DNA from: Anthoceros angustus
Taxonomy: Eukaryota > Plantae > Anthocerotophyta
DNA: 64,000 nucleotides
Reading direction: 5' to 3'
NCBI GenBank assembly: GCA_010909165.1
Contig: MU008173.1
Coordinates: forward strand, 248,001 to 312,000
Under the pieces are notes generated by a model. It saw only the letters and a program-made list of their open reading frames with translations. It was not told the DNA's origin and did no database searches. Each line of letters opens with the position of its first letter. Within the stretch, counting starts at the first letter, position 1. Of this stretch, positions 26,105-37,513 are shown one piece after another. The translations under genes and the position numbers were made by a program.

Positions 26105-27000
26105 TGATACATTATCTAATGCTTGGAGATGTGTCTGCATTTTGGATAATGTCTGTAGGTGCACGAGATTAGAACTCTCCTGACTCCACGTATTGAAGCT
26201 AGGTGGCCTGCAAACTTTGCTGGCCACCTAGCTTTTCAACAATCTTACAGATTGTTGCACAAGGCCTTGATGAGACTATGGGAGAGGAAGAAGAGCAAAG
26301 TCAAGCCTCCAAGGGACTTCCCAGAGTCAGCAACGTTGATGATTTCCAGGGGGAAGAGAGTGATATAATTCTTCTTTCTTTGGTCCGCAGCAACCACCTG
26401 GAGGTTAAAGATGGCCCTGGCAAGATCGGGTTCCTGAGCGTATCCAACAGAGTAGTATCTTCATATGAACTAGTGAACCTTCATACTGATGAGCTCAGAG
26501 AAAGCTTACTGGGAACAGAAACAACAGATGCACGGATCACGTAAATTCCGGTTTGTGCAGCAATACCCCTCGATGAGTTTCCTTGGTGACTTGCTTAGCT
26601 TCATTTTCTCCGCTTTCCAGAGATCGGACAAACTGCTTGACAAGGACAACATTGTCACAAAAACATGGCCACTACAGCTGCTTGGTAAGACGAGTTCCTT
26701 GCAGCCCGTCACATCTCGTCTTTCACGAGCAGAAGTACCAAATCTGAACGGTGACATTCCCGCGAAGAATTGAACTTGCCTCTACTTACGGCTGCCAAAT
26801 GTTGTGCTTCAACTGGGTGTGTTTTGTGGGTTGTCGCATTGTTGTGGCGGGCTTCAACCCACCTTAAGATTTTGGTTTTGCACCGCCAATGCCGCCTGGG
26901 AGATGCGGAGGCCTTCGTTAGAGCACCAAGGTGCGACTGGGCCTGTGAGGCTCGCAGTGCTTGTCGTGGAAGTCGGTCGCTAGCCGGGTGCGGTCGGTGA
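26105..27000 (+). pseudogene. ZNFX1/NFX1-type SF1 helicase C-terminal fragment (AAA_12) followed by Cys-rich zinc-finger remnant
   Basis: HEIRTLLTP, RVSNVDDFQGEESDIILLSLVRSN...GKIGFLSVSNRV, then CRLGDAEAFVRAPRCDWACEARSAC. VDxFQGEExDI.ILSLVRSN..IGFL...NRV is typical of ZNFX1-like helicases. Confidence 0.7.
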
Positions 27001-28245
27001 GCTTTGGAGGGCGGCAGGTGGGGTACTATGAAAGTCAATGTCGAAGTCACTAGTCGCATGATCTGCAGCGGGTAGGGACAGGTTTTCTAGTCTATGTCGG
27101 TAGGTGCTAGGAGCAGGAGCACTTGTGGCAACAAGTCTTTCTGGACCGTACTATGTGGTGGGACAATAGACGAGAGAAGAAGAGCTCCCATTCACCGACT
27201 TCCTTAAGGGGTCCTGAGGTCTTGTGGTGTCCTGTGGTTAAACAACATGCTTAAGCCAGCTTGGATCAATGAAAAGCTCGATTCAAAAGGTGTGAGGATG
27301 GATCAAAGCCATAAGGTCCCGAGTGTTGGCCCATTTTGGCTCAATGTTTGAGATGTACTACAACTTTGAGAGGATGTATGGTAGTTCTAGACTACATATC
27401 ATGGTCACCGGAGCTAGCCTCACCTTCTCGGCCAGCGTGGGAGGCCGACCTACATGATCCCGTCGTGGAGCGATTCGGGACCAACTACCCCAAGGTACAC
27501 ACCACCGCCAAAGTGAAGGGACTATTCAACACGTTTGTGCTTTATGTTGTAGTCAATGAAAACATTTGATGAGTCATCACCTCATGTGGTGGGAAGACTT
27601 TGGAACCTTTGCTAGGAGATGGGATCTTTAATTCGGATGGGGAGAAGTAGAAGAAGCAACGGAAGATGACCAGCCATCCAAGGTCCTTCGTGATTTCAGG
27701 TCGTAATGAAGCAATGCGCTAGCTCTTGCCTGAGTAAAGCATACGGATGAGTGCCCCCATCGAGCCTTCTGGTAAGCTCATGCTGGCTCTACCACTTTTC
27801 AGCTTTTCAGTGTGGCGCTCGACCCCGATCCTCTAGCTACATACTTATGTATTGGGCGAATCGCATGTGGAGAAAGTGAGCCCAGTCGTTGTTGCTTGTC
27901 TTGTTAATAAAATTCCAGTCTTCGGTGGTGGACCGTGGAAGTGAGCTCGCTTGGTGTGTGTCCAGGATTCTATGAGGGGCTCTGCTAACCTCGCCTTAGG
28001 AGTCAACTCGCAAGCAAAGCCTCCAGAAGGTAAGGAGCCCAAGACTTCCGAGAAAGTGTGGGTAGGGACGGGTTTTCCAGCTACGGTCGTTGTGAGGGAG
28101 CACTTGCAGCAATTTTTGTGGACCACCTGTGGTGGGACAATGACGAGGTAAGAAGAGCGCTGCTTCGACTTCCGCAAGGGGTCCGGCGAGGTGTGTGCTT
28201 AAGCAACATGTTTAACCCTTTTGGGTTGATGAGCACCTCATGTGC

Positions 28246-31100
28246 ATGGATCTGCAGATGGGACATGGTACCTCTCCTTCCGCCCACCTCCCGGATGAGC
28301 CTAAACCGGGAGGCGTGCAGGATCGGCAATGGGTGTTGTTCTGCTACCGTGAGCACGCGCGTCGCAAGCTCGATGCCGTTGGAGCCTGAATCGCGAAGAC
28401 AGTAGTCCGCCATTTCGGCCTCTGTGTAATCGTACTAAACTGCGTAAAGAAGGATTTGGTTGTGGGGTGTCGAATTCATGATCTCACCGCCAAACTTGGG
28501 TACGAGACGAGTGCATACGTGGGGAACCATATCATGCGCATGTATGCATGTGGAGGTAGGCTGCAGGAGGCCATGGGTTCACCGGTGGGCAAACCGGATG
28601 TCTTCATGTGTTTTTCCATAATCTGCACATGCTAATTACGGAAACCTGGGAGGCAATACAACTGCATACCATGAAATGGGTAGGTCGAGTGAAGGCGATG
28701 CTCATGTCTTTGTAGCTGCCCTTCAAGCTTGTGCATTTGCCGACTGAATCTGGCGAGAAAAGTGCACCGCGATGTAGTGAGTGGCATTCCTACTAACTTG
28801 TTTGTTGGCCTTGTGGACATGTATGCAAAATGTGGCGAACCAAAAATGGACGCTGTTTTGACAAGATGGCCACAAAGGATGTGGTGACATGGATCTGCAG
28901 ATGGGACATGGTACCTCTCCTTCCGCCCACCTCCCGGATGAGCCTAAACCGGGAGGCGTGCAGGATCGGCAATGGGTGTTGTTCTGCTACGTGAGCACGT
29001 TATGTCGCAAGGAAGCTCGATGCCGTTGGAGCCTGAATCGGCGACAGTCCGCCATTTCTGCCTCGCACCTGTACAAAAGCGTACAGCCTAAGAAGGATTT
29101 GGTTGTGGGGTGTCGAATTCATGATCTCACCGCCAAACTTGGGTGCAGACGAGTGCATACGTGGGGAACCATATCATGCGCATGTATGCATGTGGAGGTA
29201 GGTGCAGGAGGCCATGGGTTCACCGGTGGGCAAACCGGATGTCTTCATGTGTTTTTCCATAATCTGCACATGCTAATTACGGAAACCTGGGAGGCAATAC
29301 AACTGTACCATGAAATGGGTAGGTCGGGAGTGAAGGCGATGCTCATGTCTTTGTAGCTTCTTCAAGCTTGTGCATTTGCCGACTGCGCGTAAAAGTGCAA
29401 AAGTGCAGTGTAGTGGCATTCCTACTAACTTGTTTGTTGGCAACGCCTTGTGGACATGTATGCAAAATGTGGCGAACCAAAAATGGACGCTGTTTTGACA
29501 AGATGGCCACAAAGGATGTGGTGACATGGATCTGCAGATGGGACATGGTACCTCTCCTTCCGCCCACCTCCCGGATGAGCCTAAACCGGGAGGCGTGCAG
29601 GATCGGCAATGGGTGTTGTTCTGCTACGTGAGCACGTTATGTCGCAAGGAAGCTCGATGCCGTTGGAGCCTGAATCGGCGACAGTCCGCCATTTCTGCCT
29701 CGCACCTGTACAAAAGCGTACAGCCTAAGAAGGATTTGGTTGTGGGGTGTCGAATTCATGATCTCACCGCCAAACTTGGGTGCAGACGAGTGCATACGTG
29801 GGGAACCATATCATGCGCATGTATGCATGTGGAGGTAGGTGCAGGAGGCCATGGGTTCACCGGTGGGCAAACCGGATGTCTTCATGTGTTTTTCCATAAT
29901 CTGCACATGCTAATTACGGAAACCTGGGAGGCAATACAACTGTACCATGAAATGGGTAGGTCGGGAGTGAAGGCGATGCTCATGTCTTTGTAGCTTCTTC
30001 AAGCTTGTGCATTTGCCGACTGCGCGTAAAAGTGCAAAAGTGCAGTGTAGTGGCATTCCTACTAACTTGTTTGTTGGCAACGCCTTGTGGACATGTATGC
30101 AAAATGTGGCGAACCAAAAATGGACGGGTTTTTGACAAGATGGCCACAAAGGATGTGGTGACATGGAATGCTCGATTGCCGTATGCAAAATGTGGCGAAT
30201 CGAAAGATGCACGGATTTTGACAGATGAACAGAAAGGATGTAGTGACATGGAATGCTCGATTGCCGGGTACACGCAAGGGCTTGGACAAATGCGCAAGAG
30301 GGCTTGCTTTTGGCTAACCATGTTACTTTGCTTGCCTTCAAGGCTTGTGGAAGCACGATGCCTCAGTAGGGCAGTGTGCACTATTGTCGAAAGAGGACTG
30401 GGCGAAGTGGTGGGCAACCGCCTTGTGGACATGTATGTGAAATGTGGTAAACTAGAAGATGCCGTGTTTTGACAAGATGGCCACAAAGGATGTGGTGACA
30501 TGGAATGCTCGATTGCCGTGTATGCAAAATGTGGCGAATCGAAAGATGCACGCCAGATTTTGACAAGATGAATGAGGAAAGGATGTAGTGACATGGAATG
30601 CTCGATTGCCGGGTACACACCGCAAGGGCTTGGACAAATGCAAGAGGGCTTGCTTTTGGCTAACCATGTTACTTTTGCCTTCAAGGCTTGTGGAAGCACC
30701 GATGCCTTCTAAGGGCAGTGCACCCTGCATTGTCGAAAGAGGATCCGACGAGTGGGCAACCTTGTGGACATGTATGTGAAATGTGGTAAACTAGAAGATG
30801 CCCGTGTTTTGACAAGATGAACACAAAAGATGTTTTGACTTGGAATGCCCTCGACTGGGTAGGCACAAGAAGGGCTCGGCCAAGAGGCGCTTGTTATGTA
30901 TGGACAAATGGAGGAGGCGGACTGCTTTTGGCTGACCATTTTACTTTGCTTGCTCAAGGCTGTTCAAGCAATCGGTGCCTGGAAGGGCATGCACTGCTCA
31001 CAGATTGTCGAAAGAGGATTGCTAGTTAATGTAGTGGTGGGCATCTGCGTGGACTGCTTGCAAAATGTGGTGAACTGGAAGATGCATGCCAGTTTACCAT
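28246..31100 (+). pseudogene. PLS-class pentatricopeptide repeat gene fragment, in tandem degenerate copies
   Basis: GNHIMRMYACGG, AIQLYHEMGRSGVK, LVDMYAKCG, FDKMATKDVVTWNA, DMYVKCGKLEDA; three ~637-bp copies starting at 28246, 28889 and 29526 plus shorter copies. Confidence 0.88.
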
Positions 31101-31234
31101 ACCCTGAAAGAGATGGAAACTTCATCCCGGATCCCTCTATTCTGTCTCTGCAGACACCCCTTAAACACCTTGTTCATAGGTCAAGCGTGAGGGGCCCATG
31201 ACCCTGTGAGCCCAAAGATAGAAACAAATGCCTT

Positions 31235-31375
31235 GGGTTCCAAGCTATGTGGTGATAGATGCCTCAAACATACTCGAGTTCATCTAATCCTCACTTCAAT
31301 GTAGAGAGACGTTTTTCCGAACCACTATAAGCTCGAACATTGCGGTTGTGGGAATGAGTTGCTCGACCCAAGCCT
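31235..31375 (+). repeat. second copy of the Plavaka transposase 3' end
   Basis: GGGTTCCAAGCTAT..GTGATAGATGC.TCAAACATACTCGAG...CCGAACCACTATAAG...GACCCAAGCC recurs from 25852-25998. Confidence 0.85.
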
Positions 31376-33069
31376 TGGGTCAAGCAGAATCGAGTTAGCA
31401 TTCTAGCTTGGCAAACTCTATCCCGCTTGTCGGCAGCAATGTTCGTTGCACGCCATGCTTTCAACCGAGGAATGAAGTTGGAAAACAAACAGTCCGCAAC
31501 CCATGTGTTAATGTCAAACATAGACACCGATGCGGATCCCTAGTCTCGAATCTTGAATATATTTGATTTCGATGGAGTTTCCATATAGCTCATCCACGAG
31601 ATTGCTATATTAAAAATATTTCTATTAATATATTATACTATAGAGTCCTTGAATATGGAACCTCAAATATATGTTATGTCGATGGAGTTTCCATATAAAA
31701 CATTCATGAGGTTGTTTAATTATTTAATATATATTAACTATATATATAATTTATCATAAAATAGTATTATTATTAGATATTTATGTTACATGTAATCAAT
31801 ATGGAATATGATCGTTTAATCAACATACTATCCACATGAGATTTATATAGTTTCTATTAAAAAGAAACAATATGAGCATCATAAGGTATTTTGACATGGA
31901 AATCAACAATATATCAAAACATGGAATAAATGTTGAACATGTGTGGAGTTTGCTGCAAGGTAACATGCAATCTATATTGTATCGCCACGGAATCTTTGGA
32001 AACCTTTTTCAACATTGAATCCATACAACAATTTGAGACGAACTTCTGTGGTGAAACCATATTGAAAAATACCATTTTTCTCATTGAATCTACACAGAAA
32101 TGATCCACACGGCAACCGTGCAGAATCTGGGGGGGATAAAATTTGTGATGGGAGTGCACAAGATCCTTCCGCCCAAACCATATAAGCCATACATCTTTGC
32201 GTTGCAGCGTTACCTTAGGGTAACCATGATGCACTATTGGTAGAAGTTGAAGAGAGCAATTGAATTTGAACCCGCAGAGAACGTTAAGCTTGAAGCTATC
32301 AACATGGTACTGACGGAAGACAACATCATGTGGTCTAATTTTGTGAAGCATGTGAAGTCTGAGAGAAGGAGCACAAACACAGCCCTCCTAAAGCTGTAGG
32401 ACACCTTAAAACAATGTTCATCTTCAACTAGTCGGCGGGACTTGGAGGGTGGCGAACATGAGCAAGCAAAAGTTGCTATACCCGAGGAGAAGGATCGATC
32501 TTCCTCATGATCTTTGTGGCGAGGAAGATCTTGATATCATTCCAATGGAATGTCGAGATTTGGACATAAAGTGCTCTAGGGGCCCAAGAGGAAAAGGGTG
32601 CACGATGTCCATCACGAAGTGCTGCCCACATCCATCCTTGGTGGTATCTTCAATGTTTTGGTGGCATTTTAGTTTGAGCGAAATTTCGGGCACGAAATTT
32701 CGGGCACGAAATGTCGAGCACATGTGGGGGCTGAAATTTTAGGCCGCATGAAATTTTGGGGCACGAATTTCTTCTTCGGAAATTCTCTGAACGGGCAGAT
32801 CTAATGCGATTTGGAGGCTCAAGGGCATCGTTTTATGCCTCATTTGGAGGCTATGCACTAAACATGCTGCTGGTCTTTGTGTCGAGCTACATCTTCGTGG
32901 ATCCCTCCTTTTGCCCATGAAGGACAGAGTGCATTTTGCAACCCGCTCTCTGCAATCCTCTCATACATCCCTTTTGGAAGCAAAGCCGTGTGTGCTTCAT
33001 GTTGAGACATGTATCGAGACTTTGAGTGGTCCATGGTCTTTTTATTGTATTGTCTTGCAATTTGAACCC

Positions 33070-33570
33070 TAATCAAGTTTTGGAGGAACAATGTTAGGAA
33101 GGAAGCCCGTTATTTCTTGCAAGGACAAAAGCGCACCCAAGTATGTCCCAAAGAGTGTGAAGCAAATCTTGGGAGGTCTTTTGAAAGAGGAGCAAGACAA
33201 GATGGATGGAGTTGTTGCCCAAGCCGGCAAAAAGCGGCGCCATGAGGAGGAGCAAGGAGGTGGGAAGTAATAGCTATGCATGTTTTGGATATGGCGGAAG
33301 GGGTTTCTTGACAGGTTTAGAGGGAAGTTTGCGAGACCCAACCATGGATGAAATCAATCTGTTGGCACCAATCATGGGGCTTGGCTTACAAAGTTGAAAG
33401 AGTTTTGGATGCGATGGAACTAGAACTCCGACTTTGGGTGCAAGTGGACTCAAAGGCAAAGGACAAGGCGATTAATGTGTGGACCTTGTTGAAGGATGCA
33501 GGCTATTCCATCAAGGAGTGCGATGAGAAGGTCATGGAGGCCATCCTAAGCGAATGTCATAGATGACGGT
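33070..33570 (+). pseudogene. CACTA-family internal ORF remnant, homologous to 8050-8930
   Basis: WRNNVRKEARYF, YACFGYGG, ECDEKVMEAIL shared with the element-1 ORF; same position relative to the terminus. Confidence 0.6.
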
Positions 33571-34559
33571 GGATGGTGGGGCATTATCTTCCCATAAAGT
33601 TGCAAGACAAAATGAGGATGCTTGAGCATGATTAGTTAGGTCGTTGTCCGGGACTATTGTGTCTATTTTGTGATAGCACAGTTACGTGAACTTAAAGATT
33701 TAAGTTTGTGGTTCTCTTTTTGCGGTGGCAAACCTTTGGGGCACGGTCTTTGAGTTGAGGTCTTTGGGTGGAGAAAATTTTAGATGCCCGTGTAGCATGT
33801 AGGGGCTGAGTCTAATATATTGTAGGATGTAGGTGCAATCACGAATTCGGTACCCCATAACCCACACACAGCACTCCTTCATTTTACTACAGCAGTGCAC
33901 TTTACTACAATATAAATCCGTTTTACTTTACTACGGTCCTGCTTCAGATTTTACTACAGCCTTATTTTGCAGCCGGTGTTTTACAACGGCCCGTTATAAC
34001 TCTGATTGATTAACCTAACCATGGTTACATAACTATGGTTTATAAACCATTATTTAACTTGGTTAATAAACTTGAGTTAATTCACATTGGTTACTTAACC
34101 ATATTTTATTAACCACGATTACAGTTGTTGTAAATGTCGTTGTAGATCACTTGTGTGTTCTTGTAAAGTGGAAGTTAAACCCTAACTAATGTACTACGGT
34201 CTGTTTACTTGATTTTACTACGCCTTATTTTGCAGCCGGTGTTTTACAACGGCCCGTTATAACTTCTGATTGCACGATTAACCTAACCATGGTTACATAA
34301 CTATGGTTTATAAACCATTATTTAACTTGTTAATAAACTTGAGTTAATTCACATTGGTTACTTAACCATATTTTATTAACCACGATTACAGTTGTTGTAA
34401 ATGTCGTTGTAGATCACTGTAGTAATTGTTCTTGTAAAGTGACTGTTAAACCCTAACTAATGTACGGTCAACTCGTAAAGTACATCGTATGTATATCACA
34501 TCGGGTATATAGCCATGGTATACTGTGAAGACATTACACTGAAAATTACGCTATGTGTT

Positions 34560-36420
34560 TAGCATATTTTACTACAGTGTAGTAATTTTGTAGTAATGTC
34601 CGTAGTAAATTCCGTTGTAAAGGACACGTTTTCCTAGTAGTGAATGGCATCCAACCCATTGTTGGTTGTGAAGAATAGAGCTCGGATCGGAAGGCATGAA
34701 TGTAACAAAGTCGCAAAGAACACACAGAAACAACCCTACCCTCACCTCACCGCCAAAAGATCTGCTCGCGAACCCGGTATCGGGCGATGTGTGCAAACAC
34801 CTTAAACCCGCTACTACTCAAGCTGCTGGAGATGAGGTTTCATGACACTTATTGTTTTGAACACGGTGGGTTCTATCCGCCAACTTTGCCGCTAGTATTA
34901 GAAGTCCAAATCGCTTGCATGGTGCTCTTGTAATGTGAACTGCCTCGGGTAGACGTATTACACCGCATTTCCAACCATTTATAGCCAATTACTTCCTTGG
35001 GTTTCGGTAAACCATGATATGGTAAACTAGGGTTTCCCGAGACCTCGGCCCCAAACCCCAAGGACATATTACTTTGAATGAAAGTGTCCTTGGGTTTCGA
35101 AACCCAAGTACACTTTGTTAACCCAATGGGTTGGTATGTCACATACGATATCATAGCCATGGTATACTTGCAGAAGACATTACTAAAAATTAACGCTATG
35201 TGTTTTACAACGGCATTTTACTACAGTGTAGTAATTTTGTAGTAATGTCCGTAGTAAATTCTAAAGGACACGTTTTCCTAGTAGTGAATGCATCCAACCC
35301 ATTGTTGGTTGTGAAGAATAGAGCTCGGATCGAAGGCATGAATGTAACAAAGTCGCAAAGAACACACAGAAACAACCCTACCCTCACCTTGACAAAGATC
35401 TGCTCATGAACCGCCGATCACGATGTGTCGTTAGCAACACCCGTACTGAAACCCGGCTTACTCAATCGCTGCTGGAGATGAGGTTTCATGACACTTATTG
35501 TTTTGAACACGGTGGGTTCTATCCGCCAACTTTGCCGCTAGTATTAGAAGTCCAAATCGCTTGCATGGTGCTCTTGTAATGTGAACTGCCTCGGGTAGAC
35601 GTATTACACCGCATTTCCAACCATTTATAGCCAATTACTTCCTTGGGTTTGAGAACCATGATATGGTAAACTAGGGTTTCCGAGACCAAACCCCAAGGAC
35701 ATATTACTTTGAATGAAAGTGTCCTTGGGTTTGAAACCCCAAGTACTTTGTTAACCCAATGGGTTGGTATGTCACATGCATCGGTATATAGCCATGGTAT
35801 ACGGTGAGAAGACATTACCAGTGCTATGTGTTTTACAACGGCATTTTACTACAGTGTAGTAATTTTGTAGTAATGTCCGTAGTAAATTCCGTTGTAAAGG
35901 ACACGTTTTCCTAGTAGTGAATGGCATCTGCAACCCATTGTTGGTTGTGAAGAATAGAGCTCGGATCGAAGGCATGAATGTAACAAAGTCGCAAAGAACA
36001 CATACAAGAAACAACCCTACCCTCACCTTGACAAAGATGCATACATGAACCACGGCTAGCGATGTAATAGTTAAGTCGGCAACACCAACAGAAACCCGGC
36101 TTACTCAAGCTGCTGGAGATGAGGTTTCATGACACTTATTGTTTTGAACACGGTGGGTTCTATCCGCGCAACTTTGCCGCTAGTATTAGTCAAATCGCTT
36201 GCATGGTGCTCTTGTAATGTGAACTCGGCTCTGGGTAGGCGTATTACCGCATTTCCAACCATTTATAGCCAATTACTTCCTTGGGTTTCGGTAAACCATG
36301 ATATGGTAAACTAGGGTTTCCCGAGACCTCGGCCCCAAACCCCAAGGACATATTACTTTGAATGAAAGTGTCCTTGGGTTTCGAAACCCAAGTACACTTT
36401 GTTAACCCAATGGGTTGAAG
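34560..36420. repeat. triplication (~635-645-bp unit) spanning the CACTA right end and its flank
   Basis: TTTTCCTAGTAGTG+AAT ends at 34642, 35286 and 35919 with collinear flanks. Confidence 0.92.
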
Positions 36421-36530
36421 TATCCGACACCCAAGGACTCGCATTGATGTGTCCTTGGGTATTGGTCTTCTTAAACCATGGTTATAAGATTTCGGTAAAC
36501 CCTGATATGGTAAACCAGGGTTTTCCGAGA

Positions 36531-37513
36531 CTACTTGGGTGTCGTTGGGAGTCCTGGGCCTCTATAAGCGTTGTCCTGCAGGAGGGCCAATCTTGCTCTC
36601 AGTGTGCGGAAGATGCTAAGCTGTGTGTGGATACTTTCGCCATCCCTACATTTGAGCATGTGAAAGTTCCTTGTGGCAGCAGCAACGTGCTGCACATCTG
36701 TGGACTTGTGCGTCTGGTTGAATCTCTCCCAGATAGCGGAAGCAACACCGAAGGTGTGGTGCACCATGTCCTTGTCAAAGTCCGGCAATGAGCAGATTCC
36801 GAGCTCTTTTGTCCGACTTCACCCATTAATCAAAAGCTGGGGTTCCTGAGGCGGGGCAGGACGCAGACCCATCGACTATTGTCCAAAGGTCTGCATCCTC
36901 GAGGTGTCCCCTCATCCGGGTGGCCCATACATCATAGTCCACACCCATGAACCTGTCTTTTTCCTTGATCTCGATGCGTAGACTACCATATTGTGTAATG
37001 GGGTTTACAGCACCACCATCAATAGCGCCTCCACTAGCAGCGTGACCTCTAGATCCTGACATTTGGTTAGGGATTCAAGCAGCCCTTGCAGGCAGTTCTT
37101 GTTTTCGTTCCTTGGAGATGGCTAGACCTTCAATAGGGCTGCTAGGTGGGTGTGCACCTCCGTCAGTGCTGCCACATTTTGGAGTGTGACACCCACGAGG
37201 CTTCGAAATAAGCGGGTCTCGATGTGGAGTTTGTTTTCAATCTGATTGAGTTTCTTGGCGTCTCTCCAACTCAGAGAGTCCCCTATAGATTTCTTGATTT
37301 GTTTGGCTTGGTATGTGCTGCCAATCTATCCTTCTAACAATCCTACACTCGCAGGTGTGATAGTGGGGGCTTGCCGCACCGCGAGGAGGTTCGGGGACTG
37401 GGTATCGATAACCCCTGTTGCGAGCCATGAGAGGCCTTCCAGGACTTCACCTCTCGAGCCAGCTTATTAGGGGAAATCCAATGAAGAGCATGGTCATTCC
37501 TGCTCTGATACCA
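36531..37513 (-). mobile_element. truncated Ty1/copia element (copia-2): PBS, leader and gag N-terminus
   Basis: PBS at 37502-37513; KDRFMGVDYDVWATRMRGHLEDADLWTIVDG and AIWERFNQTH...FHMLKCRDGESI (gag); the LTR lies immediately right of 37513 but its far end was not determined. Confidence 0.85.

Larger units (their letters stand above)
15315..32147 (+). mobile_element. nested CMC-superfamily (Plavaka-type) DNA transposon with cargo, ~16.8 kb
   Basis: Left end CACAAATTTTACCCCCTAGATTC and right end GAATCTGGGGGGGATAAAATTTGTG are imperfect inverted repeats. Both are flanked by AT (15313-14, 32148-49). AT-rich subterminal GATTC(T/A)ATGTTGAAAA-type motifs lie in opposite orientations at 15340-15790 and 31560-32120. 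It contains a Plavaka-like transposase. Confidence 0.8.
11683..34642 (+). mobile_element. CACTA (En/Spm-like) element 2, ~23 kb including a nested 16.8-kb insertion
   Basis: TIR CACTACTAGGAAAA at 11683-11696 and TTTTCCTAGTAGTG at 34629-34642; 3-bp TSD AAT on both sides; TTTAC(T/A)AC subterminal arrays at 11700-12140 and 33890-34625. Confidence 0.9.
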
